This document shows positions 55,248 to 64,000 of a stretch of 64,000 bases of DNA, in pieces. The position numbers and the translations under genes are program-made. Each line of letters begins with the position of its first letter. The stretch's first letter is position 1. The stretch lies in NCBI GenBank assembly GCA_965200155.1, contig CBDATR010000024.1:1-64000 (forward strand), written 5' to 3'. The notes under the pieces were generated by a model. The model saw only the letters and a program-made list of their open reading frames with translations, did no database searches and was not told the origin of the DNA. Origin of the DNA: Nitrosopumilaceae archaeon. Lineage in GTDB: Archaea > Thermoproteota > Nitrososphaeria > Nitrososphaerales > Nitrosopumilaceae.

Positions 55248-56272
55248 ATACCTTATGCGCATGATTGACAATAACAGCCCATGTTGCTTCAAACTGGGGT
55301 GTATTTTATGGCACACAATCAGTCAAGCATGAACAATGTGAATGGCACCTGCCAGCACTAACGTATGCCGTGATTGCAAATGTCATGTAGTGGGGTGACC
55401 GGATCTTGATGACGTATATCATGAGTGAGCTAAATGGTTACCACAAAACCCATTAATTTAGTGGATTTTCTGATGAGTAATATTCGAATTATAATAACAC
55501 GGAAATTATGGACAGATATTTTTCAAAAATTTCTTGTATCTGGTATGCTTGTGCATAATGTGTAAATTATGCAACCCGGATACTACGAGTAGATCTTCCC
55601 GGAATTCCTCACGACTACCATCATATACCTGACTTAATCTACGATATACCTTTAGCATTCGAATTACATTCTCGATTAATATGCGCCTTTTTGATACATA
55701 TTGGCTGTATTTCCTTTCAGTTTTAGTGAGTGATTCCCTACCCCTGTATGGAATTATGACCTTTGCGCCGGGTAGGAAGTCTTTCATCCCCTGGTATCCT
55801 GCATCTGCTATTACTGTTATCTTATCGGATGGTGGCGTGGTTGATTCTTTTAGGGACTTGCCCCATTTGCCGCCAAGGGGAATATCATTCTTGAATATGC
55901 CATAATCGTGTCTTTTTCCCTCATATACTCCACTTACGTGAATTATCAGTCTTTTCTTGTTTGATGTTATCTGTACGTTATACGTGTGGGTTTTTTGTTT
56001 ACCAGAGTACATGTATGAGTTCACCTGTGTCTAAATTTACGCATAACTGATCGCGACAGTTAATGTGATTTGTGCATAAGATTCCAGAAGACGTGAACTC
56101 ATACGAGTACATTGCCTCCTGATTTTTTTCAGGACGTTGTACGCGTACATGTGTCCCGTCAGTCTTTATCTCCCCTCCGGCTCGACCGGGAACAATTTCC
56201 TTAAAGTCGGGTGTTGACTTGATTTGTGATATTGCTTTTGCAACGGTATCGGCCGTTGGAAGTATCTTGATC
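55248..56272 (-). mobile_element. Second copy of the IS5/ISL2-type element, 5' truncated at a MITE
   Basis: Near-identical to 4251-4720 plus 6434-7040; transposase C-terminus at 55506-56012. Confidence 0.85.
56013..56104 (-). mobile_element. 92-bp MITE copy
   Basis: TSD GAGTACAT. Confidence 0.95.
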
Positions 56273-56364
56273 GTATGAGTTCACGTCTTCCGGAATCTTG
56301 TGCACAAATCACATTAACTGTCGCGATCAGTTGTGCGTAAATTTAGACACAGGTGAACTCATAC
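56273..56364 (+). mobile_element. 92-bp MITE at a deletion junction
   Basis: Consensus match; no TSD. Confidence 0.9.
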
Positions 56365-56546
56365 TCAAGATGTTTGATCTGGCCTTTGAGGAAGTCCATT
56401 GTATTGCCAAGCATAATCTTGTATCAAAATGCTTTGTTTTAGAAAGTTAATTTATTGTTTAGCTTGCATAACCGCAATTGAGCTAAATGCTTAATTTATT
56501 TGAGATAACAGCAAAACTAAAATACAAAACAAGTTGTACATGTTGT

Positions 56547-56933
56547 ATGAGTACTGAAACAATGAGCATATTAGCTATTGTAAAAGAATTAGCACAAGAG
56601 TTAGAACTGCTTAAGCAAATAGTGAATAAAAATGAGGCCGAAAAATCCACGCCAAAGCGACGTGGAAGACCGCCAAAATCCCAGACTGCTGCCGCCGCTG
56701 ATACTACTGTACCAAAGCGACGTGGAAGACCGCCAAAATCCCAGACTGCTGCCGCCGCTGATACTACTGTACCAAAGCGACGTGGAAGACCGCCAAAATC
56801 CCAGACTGCTGCCGCCGCTGATACTACTGTACCAAAGCGACGTGGAAGACCGCCAAAATCCCAGACTGCTGCCGCCGCTGATACTACTGTACCAAAGCGA
56901 CGTGGAAGACCGCCAAAATCCCAGACTGCGTGA
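56547..56933 (+). CDS. HMGA-like multi-AT-hook DNA-binding protein with N-terminal coiled coil
   Basis: Five PKRRGRPPK AT-hooks; start could be 56547 or 56562. Confidence 0.8.
   Translation: MSTETMSILAIVKELAQELELLKQIVNKNEAEKSTPKRRGRPPKSQTAAAADTTVPKRRGRPPKSQTAAAADTTVPKRRGRPPKSQTAAAADTTVPKRRGRPPKSQTAAAADTTVPKRRGRPPKSQTA
56652..56929 (+). repeat. Perfect 60-bp tandem repeat, about 4.6 copies
   Basis: Unit CCAAAGCGACGTGGAAGACCGCCAAAATCCCAGACTGCTGCCGCCGCTGATACTACTGTA. Confidence 0.97.
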
Positions 56934-57093
56934 ATTGTACCTGTAAGATGTGCACTGTTTTTTAGCATAAAGTCATAGACTATGAACATTATGCAAATAG
57001 GTCCACAAAGCGATCACGAAAAAATTCATCCCAACGTGGTTCTTCTAGTATATTTGTACAATCTCTCATACTTACGCGCACACTTGTTGTGTA

Positions 57094-57185
57094 GTATGAG
57101 TTCACGTCTTCCGGAATCTTGTGCACAAATCACATTAACTGTCGCGATCAGTTGTGCGTAAATTTAGACACAGGTGAACTCATAC
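57094..57185 (+). mobile_element. 92-bp MITE copy
   Basis: Consensus match; no TSD. Confidence 0.9.
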
Positions 57186-57777
57186 TTATGATGTACTGTC
57201 TTGATTACTCTGTTATTCTCTTTACCATAGCCTTTCGTGGTTGGTGCAATCTGAAATAGTCAGCTACTGTACGCCGGATCCTAAACGGACTTACTTTTCG
57301 TACTATTGAGCCAATATTGTCAGATGTTGTGTAGATGACTTTAATATAATCAAAGTCTCTGCTGTACCATGGGTCGTCACCGTGCCTATCCACTCATTGT
57401 ACTTTGCCATCCCCAATTTGATTTCCTGCACTGGAGATTATGCACATAGGTTAGGGAATCCTCGATAGTGATGGACTTTGCGCGTGATCATTTTTAACTT
57501 AGCTATTTTACAAGCCTATTTGCATAATATCCTACGACTGTTATATAAGAATGGATAAAAATTCACAAACTGTATCTTACAGATACGATTTTTATCTATT
57601 TTTATTGAGTTATGCAACAAATTCGTATATCTTCACATGTGTCCAAATTTACGCACGATCAATAGTAGCAGTTTATACAAATACGTGAACTTGTACGTTG
57701 TGTAAGTTCGACTGTGCCTGAATGTATACATCACGATTGGTCTAAATCGAAAGCTGTGAGCTCATACAAAAACTGCA

Positions 57778-57869
57778 GTATGAGTTCACCTGTGTCTAAA
57801 TTTACGCATAACTGATCGCGACAGTTAATGTGATTTGTGCATAAGATTCCGGAAGACGTGAACTCATAC
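57778..57869 (-). mobile_element. 92-bp MITE copy
   Basis: TSD AAACTGCA. Confidence 0.95.
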
Positions 57870-58056
57870 AAACTGCATGCATAATCTATGAATTTAATTA
57901 AAAACACAGATGAAAACTCAAAGGTCTGGCGTATATGGAGACTGTTTTGCTTAACCTGGACATGTTGCAGATCACAAGAACGCTACTACTGATGGTGTCC
58001 GAATACTGCCCGCCTACGAATAATCCTAGTACTACAATCTAATCCAGTTCAGATCC

Positions 58057-58148
58057 GTATGAGTTCACCTGTGTCTAAATTTACGCATAACTGATCGCGA
58101 CAGTTAATGTGATTTGTGCATAAGATTCCGGAAGACGTGAACTCATAC
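58057..58148 (-). mobile_element. 92-bp MITE copy
   Basis: TSD TCAGATCC. Confidence 0.95.
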
Positions 58149-58244
58149 TCAGATCCTGCATTTGTCCAAAATATAAAATTAAACATAATAACAGAATTAT
58201 TGCGATGGGTGATGATTGCGTGTTGCTAAAACCACTCATAATAA

Positions 58245-58336
58245 GTATGAGTTCACCTGTGTCTAAATTTACGCACAACTGATCGCGACAGTTAATGTGA
58301 TTTGTGCACAAGATTCCGGAAGACGTGAACTCATAC
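58245..58336 (-). mobile_element. 92-bp MITE copy
   Basis: TSD CATAATAA. Confidence 0.95.
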
Positions 58337-58411
58337 CATAATAATGCTATTAGTTGTGTAGTAATTTATGCAAATTCCCTACACTATGGATTATACATAT
58401 GGGCATACAAA

Positions 58412-58501
58412 ATATGAGTTCATTACTATCTAAATTTACACACGACTGATCGTAACTATTGGTACGGTTCACGTGTGATTGGCGAATGCGTGAACTCATA
58501 C
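58412..58501 (-). mobile_element. Diverged older MITE copy (90 bp)
   Basis: ATATGAGTTCA...GTGAACTCATAC with TCTAAATTTAC and ACTGATCG internal remnants. Confidence 0.7.
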
Positions 58502-58811
58502 TAGAAAACAACAAAGTTCAAAACGTTTACACACAGAATCCATTGTGGATTTCCCGATATATTTGGATGTTCTTAACTATGGACAAAGTGCGGATCGGCG
58601 TTTTGTGTGATTTATGACAAACGGGTGGCACGAGTTTCTGTATCTCTCAATCTGGTGCTCAAATTATATTGATGGCCACGATCTGTTGCGCATAAATTTA
58701 GGCATGAATGAACTCTTACATTCTGAAATTACGTGACATTTGTATACAGCTCGTACTCTATCAACTTGTTCTAACTGTGTGATGATATTTACAACACAAT
58801 CATTGATACTC

Positions 58812-58903
58812 GTATGAGTTCACGTCTTCCGGAATCTTATGCACAAATCACATTAACTGTCGCGATCAGTTGTGCGTAAATTTAGACACAGGTGAACTCA
58901 TAC
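58812..58903 (+). mobile_element. 92-bp MITE copy
   Basis: TSD TGATACTC. Confidence 0.95.
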
Positions 58904-58935
58904 TGATACTCTACAACAATGCACTTTGTATAGAG

Positions 58936-59046
58936 ATGCATTGCCGTGCGCGGTTATAGTCAAGTCTATGTGTATATGGGATTGGTGCGACGTGTCATGC
59001 CGGTAAGTGAATGCATTGCCGTGCGCGGTTATAGTCAAGTCTATGT
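58936..59046. repeat. Two identical 36-bp direct repeats separated by 39 bp
   Basis: ATGCATTGCCGTGCGCGGTTATAGTCAAGTCTATGT at 58936 and 59011. Confidence 0.85.
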
Positions 59047-59080
59047 ATTTGGGAACTGCGTTATTACTAGCTCCAATAAC

Positions 59081-59493
59081 GTATGAGTTCACGTCTTCCG
59101 GAATCTTATGCACAAATCACATTAACTGTCACGATCAGTTATGCGTAAATTTAGACACAGGTGAACTCATACGAGCGGAAAGCTAAGGAAGGGGAGCAGA
59201 CAAGTACTGGATCCACAAGAAAGGCTGACAGTCAGGCGAGACACAAGGGCGTCTCCCGTAAACGTAACCCCGATAGAATTACGCATCACATGAGGGCGAT
59301 AACCTGGTATGCGACTGCAGTAAAATAATGACAGTAATTGGTATAAAATCGCGATACGTGACGCATTTAATACCGGCCAGGACAGGATATTCGTATGAGT
59401 TCACGTCTTCCGGAATCTTATGCACAAATCACATTAACTAGAACAACCTGTTCCATCAGTTATGTGTAAATTTAGACACAGGTGAACTCACAC
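59081..59493 (+). mobile_element. MITE-bounded composite unit (MITE 59081-59172, 220-bp passenger, scarred MITE 59393-59493)
   Basis: TSD CCAATAAC flanks the outer ends only; the passenger resembles an IS66 transposase (HKGVSRKRNPDRITHH). Confidence 0.85.
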
Positions 59494-59566
59494 CCAATAA
59501 CCGTGCTCCGTGATGGGCACAATATGCTGATGTTAATGTTTTTTAAACCCACCTGAATAGACTTGG

Positions 59567-60259
59567 GTGTTGTCAGAAGCTAATAGTGAAGATGCGCCGG
59601 TATCCCCTGAGGAGTCCGAATCCAGTACCGTGATTCCCAGTGAAGATGAGGCTCTGGAAGATGAAGATGTAGTAGGGGATGATTTGGCATATGATACGGA
59701 TGTGCCCTTGGAGGATAGCTCTGATCCCGATGCAACCGTAACAAAAGAGGTCTCCCCAGAGTTGCGCGAGAGGATAGACACAATGCTGGCAGAAAGGGAC
59801 GCGGAGATAGCCCAAGCCGAGCAAGAGCCTGATGCAAAACCCGAAAAATGGGGAATTGCACACATATTTAGCAGTTTTAACAACACGATTATTCACCTAA
59901 CTGATCTGACTGGAGCGGAGACCATAGCCATTAGTTCCGGCGGTAAGCATTCCAGCGCAGACCGTTATGAATCCTCGCCCTTTGCTGCCATGAAAGCTGC
60001 CAATGCCGTAGTAGACGTTGCCAAATCCCGCGGTTTTACCGGATTTCATATACGCGTGAGAGCAGTCGGAGGCGTAGGATCCAGAGTTCCCGGACCCGGT
60101 GCACAGGCAGCCATTAGGGCGCTTGCGCGCGCAACAACTAATAGAGAAGAAGATGGTACTGAGGGCGGTGCCTTCATGATTGGTAGAATTGACGATGTTA
60201 CCCCCATACCTCATGACACCACCAGAAAGAAAGGTGGCAAGCGGGGACGAAGGGTTTAG
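59567..60259 (+). CDS. rps11: 30S ribosomal protein S11 (uS11) with acidic N-terminal extension
   Basis: [52 protein letters not shown]. Confidence 0.95.
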   Translation: MLSEANSEDAPVSPEESESSTVIPSEDEALEDEDVVGDDLAYDTDVPLEDSSDPDATVTKEVSPELRERIDTMLAERDAEIAQAEQEPDAKPEKWGIAHIFSSFNNTIIHLTDLTGAETIAISSGGKHSSADRYESSPFAAMKAANAVVDVAKSRGFTGFHIRVRAVGGVGSRVPGPGAQAAIRALARATTNREEDGTEGGAFMIGRIDDVTPIPHDTTRKKGGKRGRRV

Positions 60260-60561
60260 TCTAATTTCACGCTGACTTTACAACCTTTTGCATGCAGGTA
60301 GTCCTGCATAAATTTGGCAAACTTGGTGTCAGGTTTATCCCATCTGTACTTGTTTATCATGTCTGCAAACCTGTCCTCTATACCCTGTTGCAGTTGCGGC
60401 TTGAAGGTTACCATAAAGAATGACCATCCAAACTTGTATGAGGGCTCGCTCATCACATATCCGTTATGCGCGGAGAGCAGGGTCTCCATTTGTGATAGAG
60501 CCTTCTTGAACAGCACCACATCGTTGGCATAATCCCTGCTACCTATCTGTAGTGTTACCAT
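60256..60561 (-). CDS. Conserved hypothetical protein
   Basis: [16 protein letters not shown]; plausible compact ORF. Confidence 0.6.
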   Translation of the reverse strand: MVTLQIGSRDYANDVVLFKKALSQMETLLSAHNGYVMSEPSYKFGWSFFMVTFKPQLQQGIEDRFADMINKYRWDKPDTKFAKFMQDYLHAKGCKVSVKLD

Positions 60562-60643
60562 TGTACTAATTTCACCATGCGTAACCGTATGGCGCTTTAT
60601 AAAAACGATGGATGCCGGCACAACTCAAAATCGGCCTCCTGTG

Positions 60644-60997
60644 TCACTTTTGTGAACTGCCAAGCTTCTCTGATAGTGGTAATTTCTTTCCGTCTCGCTC
60701 CACTCTTATGCTAGTCTGCATCCTGACATATATGCCCATGAGACGCAGCAGATAAAGTAACTGCCCACCGTCCACACTGCGTAGTTCCTTAGATGATACC
60801 ATGGCGGCTATTCTGGGAATAGCCTTGGCTGTCCTGTCGGGAAACTGTCTTTCCGCGTTCTCTAGAACTTCCAATCCTCGGTATCCGAGGGCTGACACCA
60901 GTATGTCCCGGGGGGTTTTGGATTCAGGCTTTGCGGCGCGTTGTTGGAGGGCGGCCAATTTTTTGGCCATTATGCGGTCCAAATCATCGTCGCTCAT
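60644..60997 (-). CDS. PDCD5-like double-stranded DNA-binding domain protein
   Basis: DDDLDRIMAKKLAALQ N-terminus; ATGA-coupled to rtcB. Confidence 0.65.
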   Translation of the reverse strand: MSDDDLDRIMAKKLAALQQRAAKPESKTPRDILVSALGYRGLEVLENAERQFPDRTAKAIPRIAAMVSSKELRSVDGGQLLYLLRLMGIYVRMQTSIRVERDGKKLPLSEKLGSSQK

Positions 60998-62436
60998 CCC
61001 TTTATCACTCCTATGGGAACCAAGCGAGCGACTTTGGTCGCAATGCCCAAATCGTGGGATACTTCCACTACCGAGTCTACATCCTTGTATGCCTGGGGGG
61101 CCTCCTCCACTACGCCGTCACGGGTCATGGACTTTACAAATATGCCCCTTGCATTGAGAGACTGGCGTATCTCAGTGTCGCTATAGTTGCGGCGAGCCTT
61201 TGAGCGTGACATGGTTCTACCCGCACCATGAGCCGTGGAGCCAAAGCTAAGGCTCATTGAATCGTTGCGCCCTAAAAGAATCCAACTTGCAGTACCCATT
61301 GAGCCGGGTATAAGTACCGGCTGCCCTATGTCGCGATATCGTTCCTGAACCTCTGGTCTATTAGCAGGAAAGGCCCGGGTGGCACCCTTGCGGTGCACTA
61401 CCACTTTGCGATCCTCCCCGTCTATTCTGTGGGTCTCAACTTTTGCAATGTTGTGCGCAACATCGTATACCATATCCATTTCAAGATCCGACTCGGACAT
61501 TTGAAATACACGTTCAAATGACTTGCGTGTCCAGTGCGTTATAATCTGGCGATTACTCCAGGCAAAGTTCAGTGCTGCAAACATAGCCTTGCGGTATGAG
61601 TCGCCCTCCTCCGAGTTGTTGGGCACACATGCCAATTCCCTGTCGGGCAGCTGTATATCGTACTTTTTCAGGGCACGCTCAGATACTCTGAGATAGTCGC
61701 TGCATACCTGATGGCCAAAGCCCCGGGAACCACAATGTATCAGAACGGTTATCATGCCTTCCCGTATCCCCATCCTCTCTGCCGCGTCTGCATCATGTAC
61801 TTGGTCCACTTTTTGTATCTCCAAAAAGTGATTCCCAGATCCCAAACTACCTAGTTGTGGGGCGCCGCGCTTTCGGGCCCGATCAGACACCTTGCCCGGA
61901 TCCGCTCCAAGAATCATTCCATTCTCCTCGCAAACATCGGCATCATTCGTGGAACCGTAACCGTGGGATATGGCCCAGTTCACTCCCTGTACCAGTACCT
62001 CGTCCAATTGGGAGCCGGATAACTTGATCGCCCCCTTGGAACCAACACCAGACGGGATGGATGAAAACAAGTCCATTACCATGTCCCTCAGTCTGGGTCT
62101 TAGTGAGGACTCGTCCAAGTTGCTTTTTAGCAGTCGCACCCCGCAGTTTATGTCATAACCGACACCGCCGGGACTTATCATGCCCTCTTCTGCATCCATG
62201 GCGGCAACACCCCCTACAGGAAAACCGTACCCTTCATGCCCGTCCGGCAGTACGACACCGTGGCTCAGTATGCCGGGTATGGATGCTACATTACAGGCCT
62301 GACGCAGAGTACGGTCTTGGGTCATTTTTGATATGAGTGCGTCATTGGCATATACTCTTACGGGCACCTTCATGTTTAGGGCCGGTTCTGCCTCAATGAG
62401 GTACTGTCCTTTCCCGATCTTTTTTGGAGTGTGCAT
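60994..62436 (-). CDS. rtcB: tRNA-splicing ligase RtcB
   Basis: PDGHEGYGFPVGG, GYDINCG, GSGNHFLE, HCGSRG, HN, HRKGAT, HGAGR. Confidence 0.97.
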   Translation of the reverse strand: MHTPKKIGKGQYLIEAEPALNMKVPVRVYANDALISKMTQDRTLRQACNVASIPGILSHGVVLPDGHEGYGFPVGGVAAMDAEEGMISPGGVGYDINCGVRLLKSNLDESSLRPRLRDMVMDLFSSIPSGVGSKGAIKLSGSQLDEVLVQGVNWAISHGYGSTNDADVCEENGMILGADPGKVSDRARKRGAPQLGSLGSGNHFLEIQKVDQVHDADAAERMGIREGMITVLIHCGSRGFGHQVCSDYLRVSERALKKYDIQLPDRELACVPNNSEEGDSYRKAMFAALNFAWSNRQIITHWTRKSFERVFQMSESDLEMDMVYDVAHNIAKVETHRIDGEDRKVVVHRKGATRAFPANRPEVQERYRDIGQPVLIPGSMGTASWILLGRNDSMSLSFGSTAHGAGRTMSRSKARRNYSDTEIRQSLNARGIFVKSMTRDGVVEEAPQAYKDVDSVVEVSHDLGIATKVARLVPIGVIKG

Positions 62437-62613
62437 AAAGGATTCAATCACATTATTCAATTTAAACAAATAGGGCCGCCCTGCATTCGCATCTTGGCTA
62501 ATCTAGGTAATTCATTGTGTAAATTTGGGAATGGATAAGCTTGTACTATACGCGAATCTAACAAGATTCAGGAATGCATGAGGTTTTTTAATCACTGCCG
62601 GGTTCACTGTACA

Positions 62614-63105
62614 GTGGCAACTAGGGCGCAGATTCTAATACCGGTGGCCGTTGCCGCAGTAGTGGTTGGCGTGGTTGGCATATTGTCCATACCAAGTGAT
62701 GCCAAGCTGGAATCTGTAGAGTTTCCGCAGGGGACAATTAAGGTGGATGATCATGTACTTCAAGTACAGATAGCGGACACAGAACCACGGCGGGTACGGG
62801 GATTAATGTTCCAGGAGGAGCTCCCATATGATCAGGGCATGATATTCGTATTTGACTCTCCATATACGTACGGTATGTGGATGCTTAACGTACAGTTTCC
62901 CCTGGATATGATATGGTTTGACGAGAATGGCGCGGTAGTACATATGGAACAGAATGTACAACCTTGCATAACGGCCGTCGAGACTATGGCGTGCCCATCG
63001 GTATCCAGCAATGTTCCTGCCCTGTATGTCCTAGAGGTGAAGGCTGGGTTCATACAAGAGTTTGGTATAACTTTTGATTCGCGTCTATCCCTGATATCAA
63101 TATGA
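62614..63105 (+). CDS. DUF192 domain protein
   Basis: TM anchor, IADT..R.RGLMF, GMIFVF, WMLNVQFPLDMIW, YVLEV.AG. Confidence 0.9.
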   Translation: MATRAQILIPVAVAAVVVGVVGILSIPSDAKLESVEFPQGTIKVDDHVLQVQIADTEPRRVRGLMFQEELPYDQGMIFVFDSPYTYGMWMLNVQFPLDMIWFDENGAVVHMEQNVQPCITAVETMACPSVSSNVPALYVLEVKAGFIQEFGITFDSRLSLISI

Positions 63106-63381
63106 TAAAATACACTTGACAATGTGACAGGGTTTTTGTCCTATACATGACTTAAAAAATTGCATGGTCTTATGTGCAGTATTCTGCCGGATTATTCACT
63201 CACCTGTGCCCAAATTTGCACACGATGAATCCAAAGATTCATGCATGACTGCTAATCCCACACAATGATGCCGATCCGGGGCAAAGTCAACATTCCTATC
63301 TGCCATGTGCGTGAACTTGAGGCACATTCCGAACAACGATACATAAGCCTCATAATGGTGTATCTGAGATTCGTATCATTG

Positions 63382-63996
63382 ATGAAACGCAATCTGGTTA
63401 TAGTGGTCGCCGGGGTGATAGTAGCCATATCTGCCGTTGTATCTGCGCTTAATACTGTAGAGGATATCATGCCCGCGTCGGATCTGGCCATGTCATATGA
63501 GGCATATGATGTTATGAGAGATGATTTGGGTTTGGCTGGAATTACCATGTCGTCTCAAATCACACTACAGAATGACAGAGCAGTGGAGTACTGCTCATTC
63601 TTTGGTGGTTACGTCCCAGAGTACTGCACGTCTACAGAGATGAAGGATGCCACTGGCGCGTTTGTGGGTAATGTACACATGATGGGTACACCACAAAAGC
63701 CGCAAGTGGCCTTGGGTGTGATACAGTCTGATGGAATAATGTCTCAGAGATCATACATGGTGGCAGTAGCCAGTACGATGATAGATACGCTGGTTTGCAA
63801 ATGCTGGCCGGATCTATTGCCGGGAGGTTTTGAGAATGTGCGCCAGTGGGTGGATACCACAATGTCGCTGCACATTGAGGAAGGAACATCTAGCACTATA
63901 TCGCGCATAGACGGGTTGCCGGTCCCAGTCCTTATGGAGGTAATAACAAATGATGCCGGATATGAGTGGAGGGTACAGGTTGGAACCGTATCATGA
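63382..63996 (+). CDS. Secreted/membrane-anchored hypothetical protein
   Basis: MKRNLVIVVAGVIV signal-like segment and paired cysteines. Confidence 0.6.
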   Translation: MKRNLVIVVAGVIVAISAVVSALNTVEDIMPASDLAMSYEAYDVMRDDLGLAGITMSSQITLQNDRAVEYCSFFGGYVPEYCTSTEMKDATGAFVGNVHMMGTPQKPQVALGVIQSDGIMSQRSYMVAVASTMIDTLVCKCWPDLLPGGFENVRQWVDTTMSLHIEEGTSSTISRIDGLPVPVLMEVITNDAGYEWRVQVGTVS

Positions 63997-64000
63997 CATT

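Noticed and set aside
56483-56989. Antisense and alternative-frame repeat ORFs over the AT-hook gene
   Set aside because: Open only because the 60-bp repeat lacks stops; the AT-hook frame has the recognisable motif.
57778-59172. Closely spaced 92-bp repeats as a CRISPR array
   Set aside because: Units are too long, occur in both orientations, are irregularly spaced and carry individual 8-bp TSDs; they are MITEs.

Overview
Chromosomal window from an ammonia-oxidising-archaeon-like genome (Nitrosopumilaceae/Cenarchaeum-like, judged from Sec61beta, S30e, archaeal TIM, PolB1, DUF2070, Tsr3 and RtcB). Housekeeping genes are interspersed with a heavy mobile-DNA load: 25 near-identical copies of a 92-bp MITE (TIR GTATGAGTTCAC, 8-bp target duplications) that shares its ends with a single-ORF IS66 element present intact at 4721-6433, plus remnants of a second IS66, two IS5-type, an IS3 and an IS481 element. 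There is also a decayed rolling-circle (HUH Rep, PIN, RHH) integrated element next to a Type ISP restriction-modification gene. The most unusual signal is a set of 12-15 bp quasi-palindromic 'scars' (RGA...TCY, e.g. GGAACCGGTTCC) that replace 4-7 bp of sequence. Five can be verified against unscarred paralogous copies in the window, suggesting an undescribed break-healing or footprinting process. The second is an (AGCCAGTC)5 tract that frameshifts the Type ISP gene between two alternative target-recognition cassettes, suggesting phase variation. An HMGA-like five-AT-hook protein and a MITE-bounded composite transposon are also present. All calls are by eye from motifs; no database searches were run.
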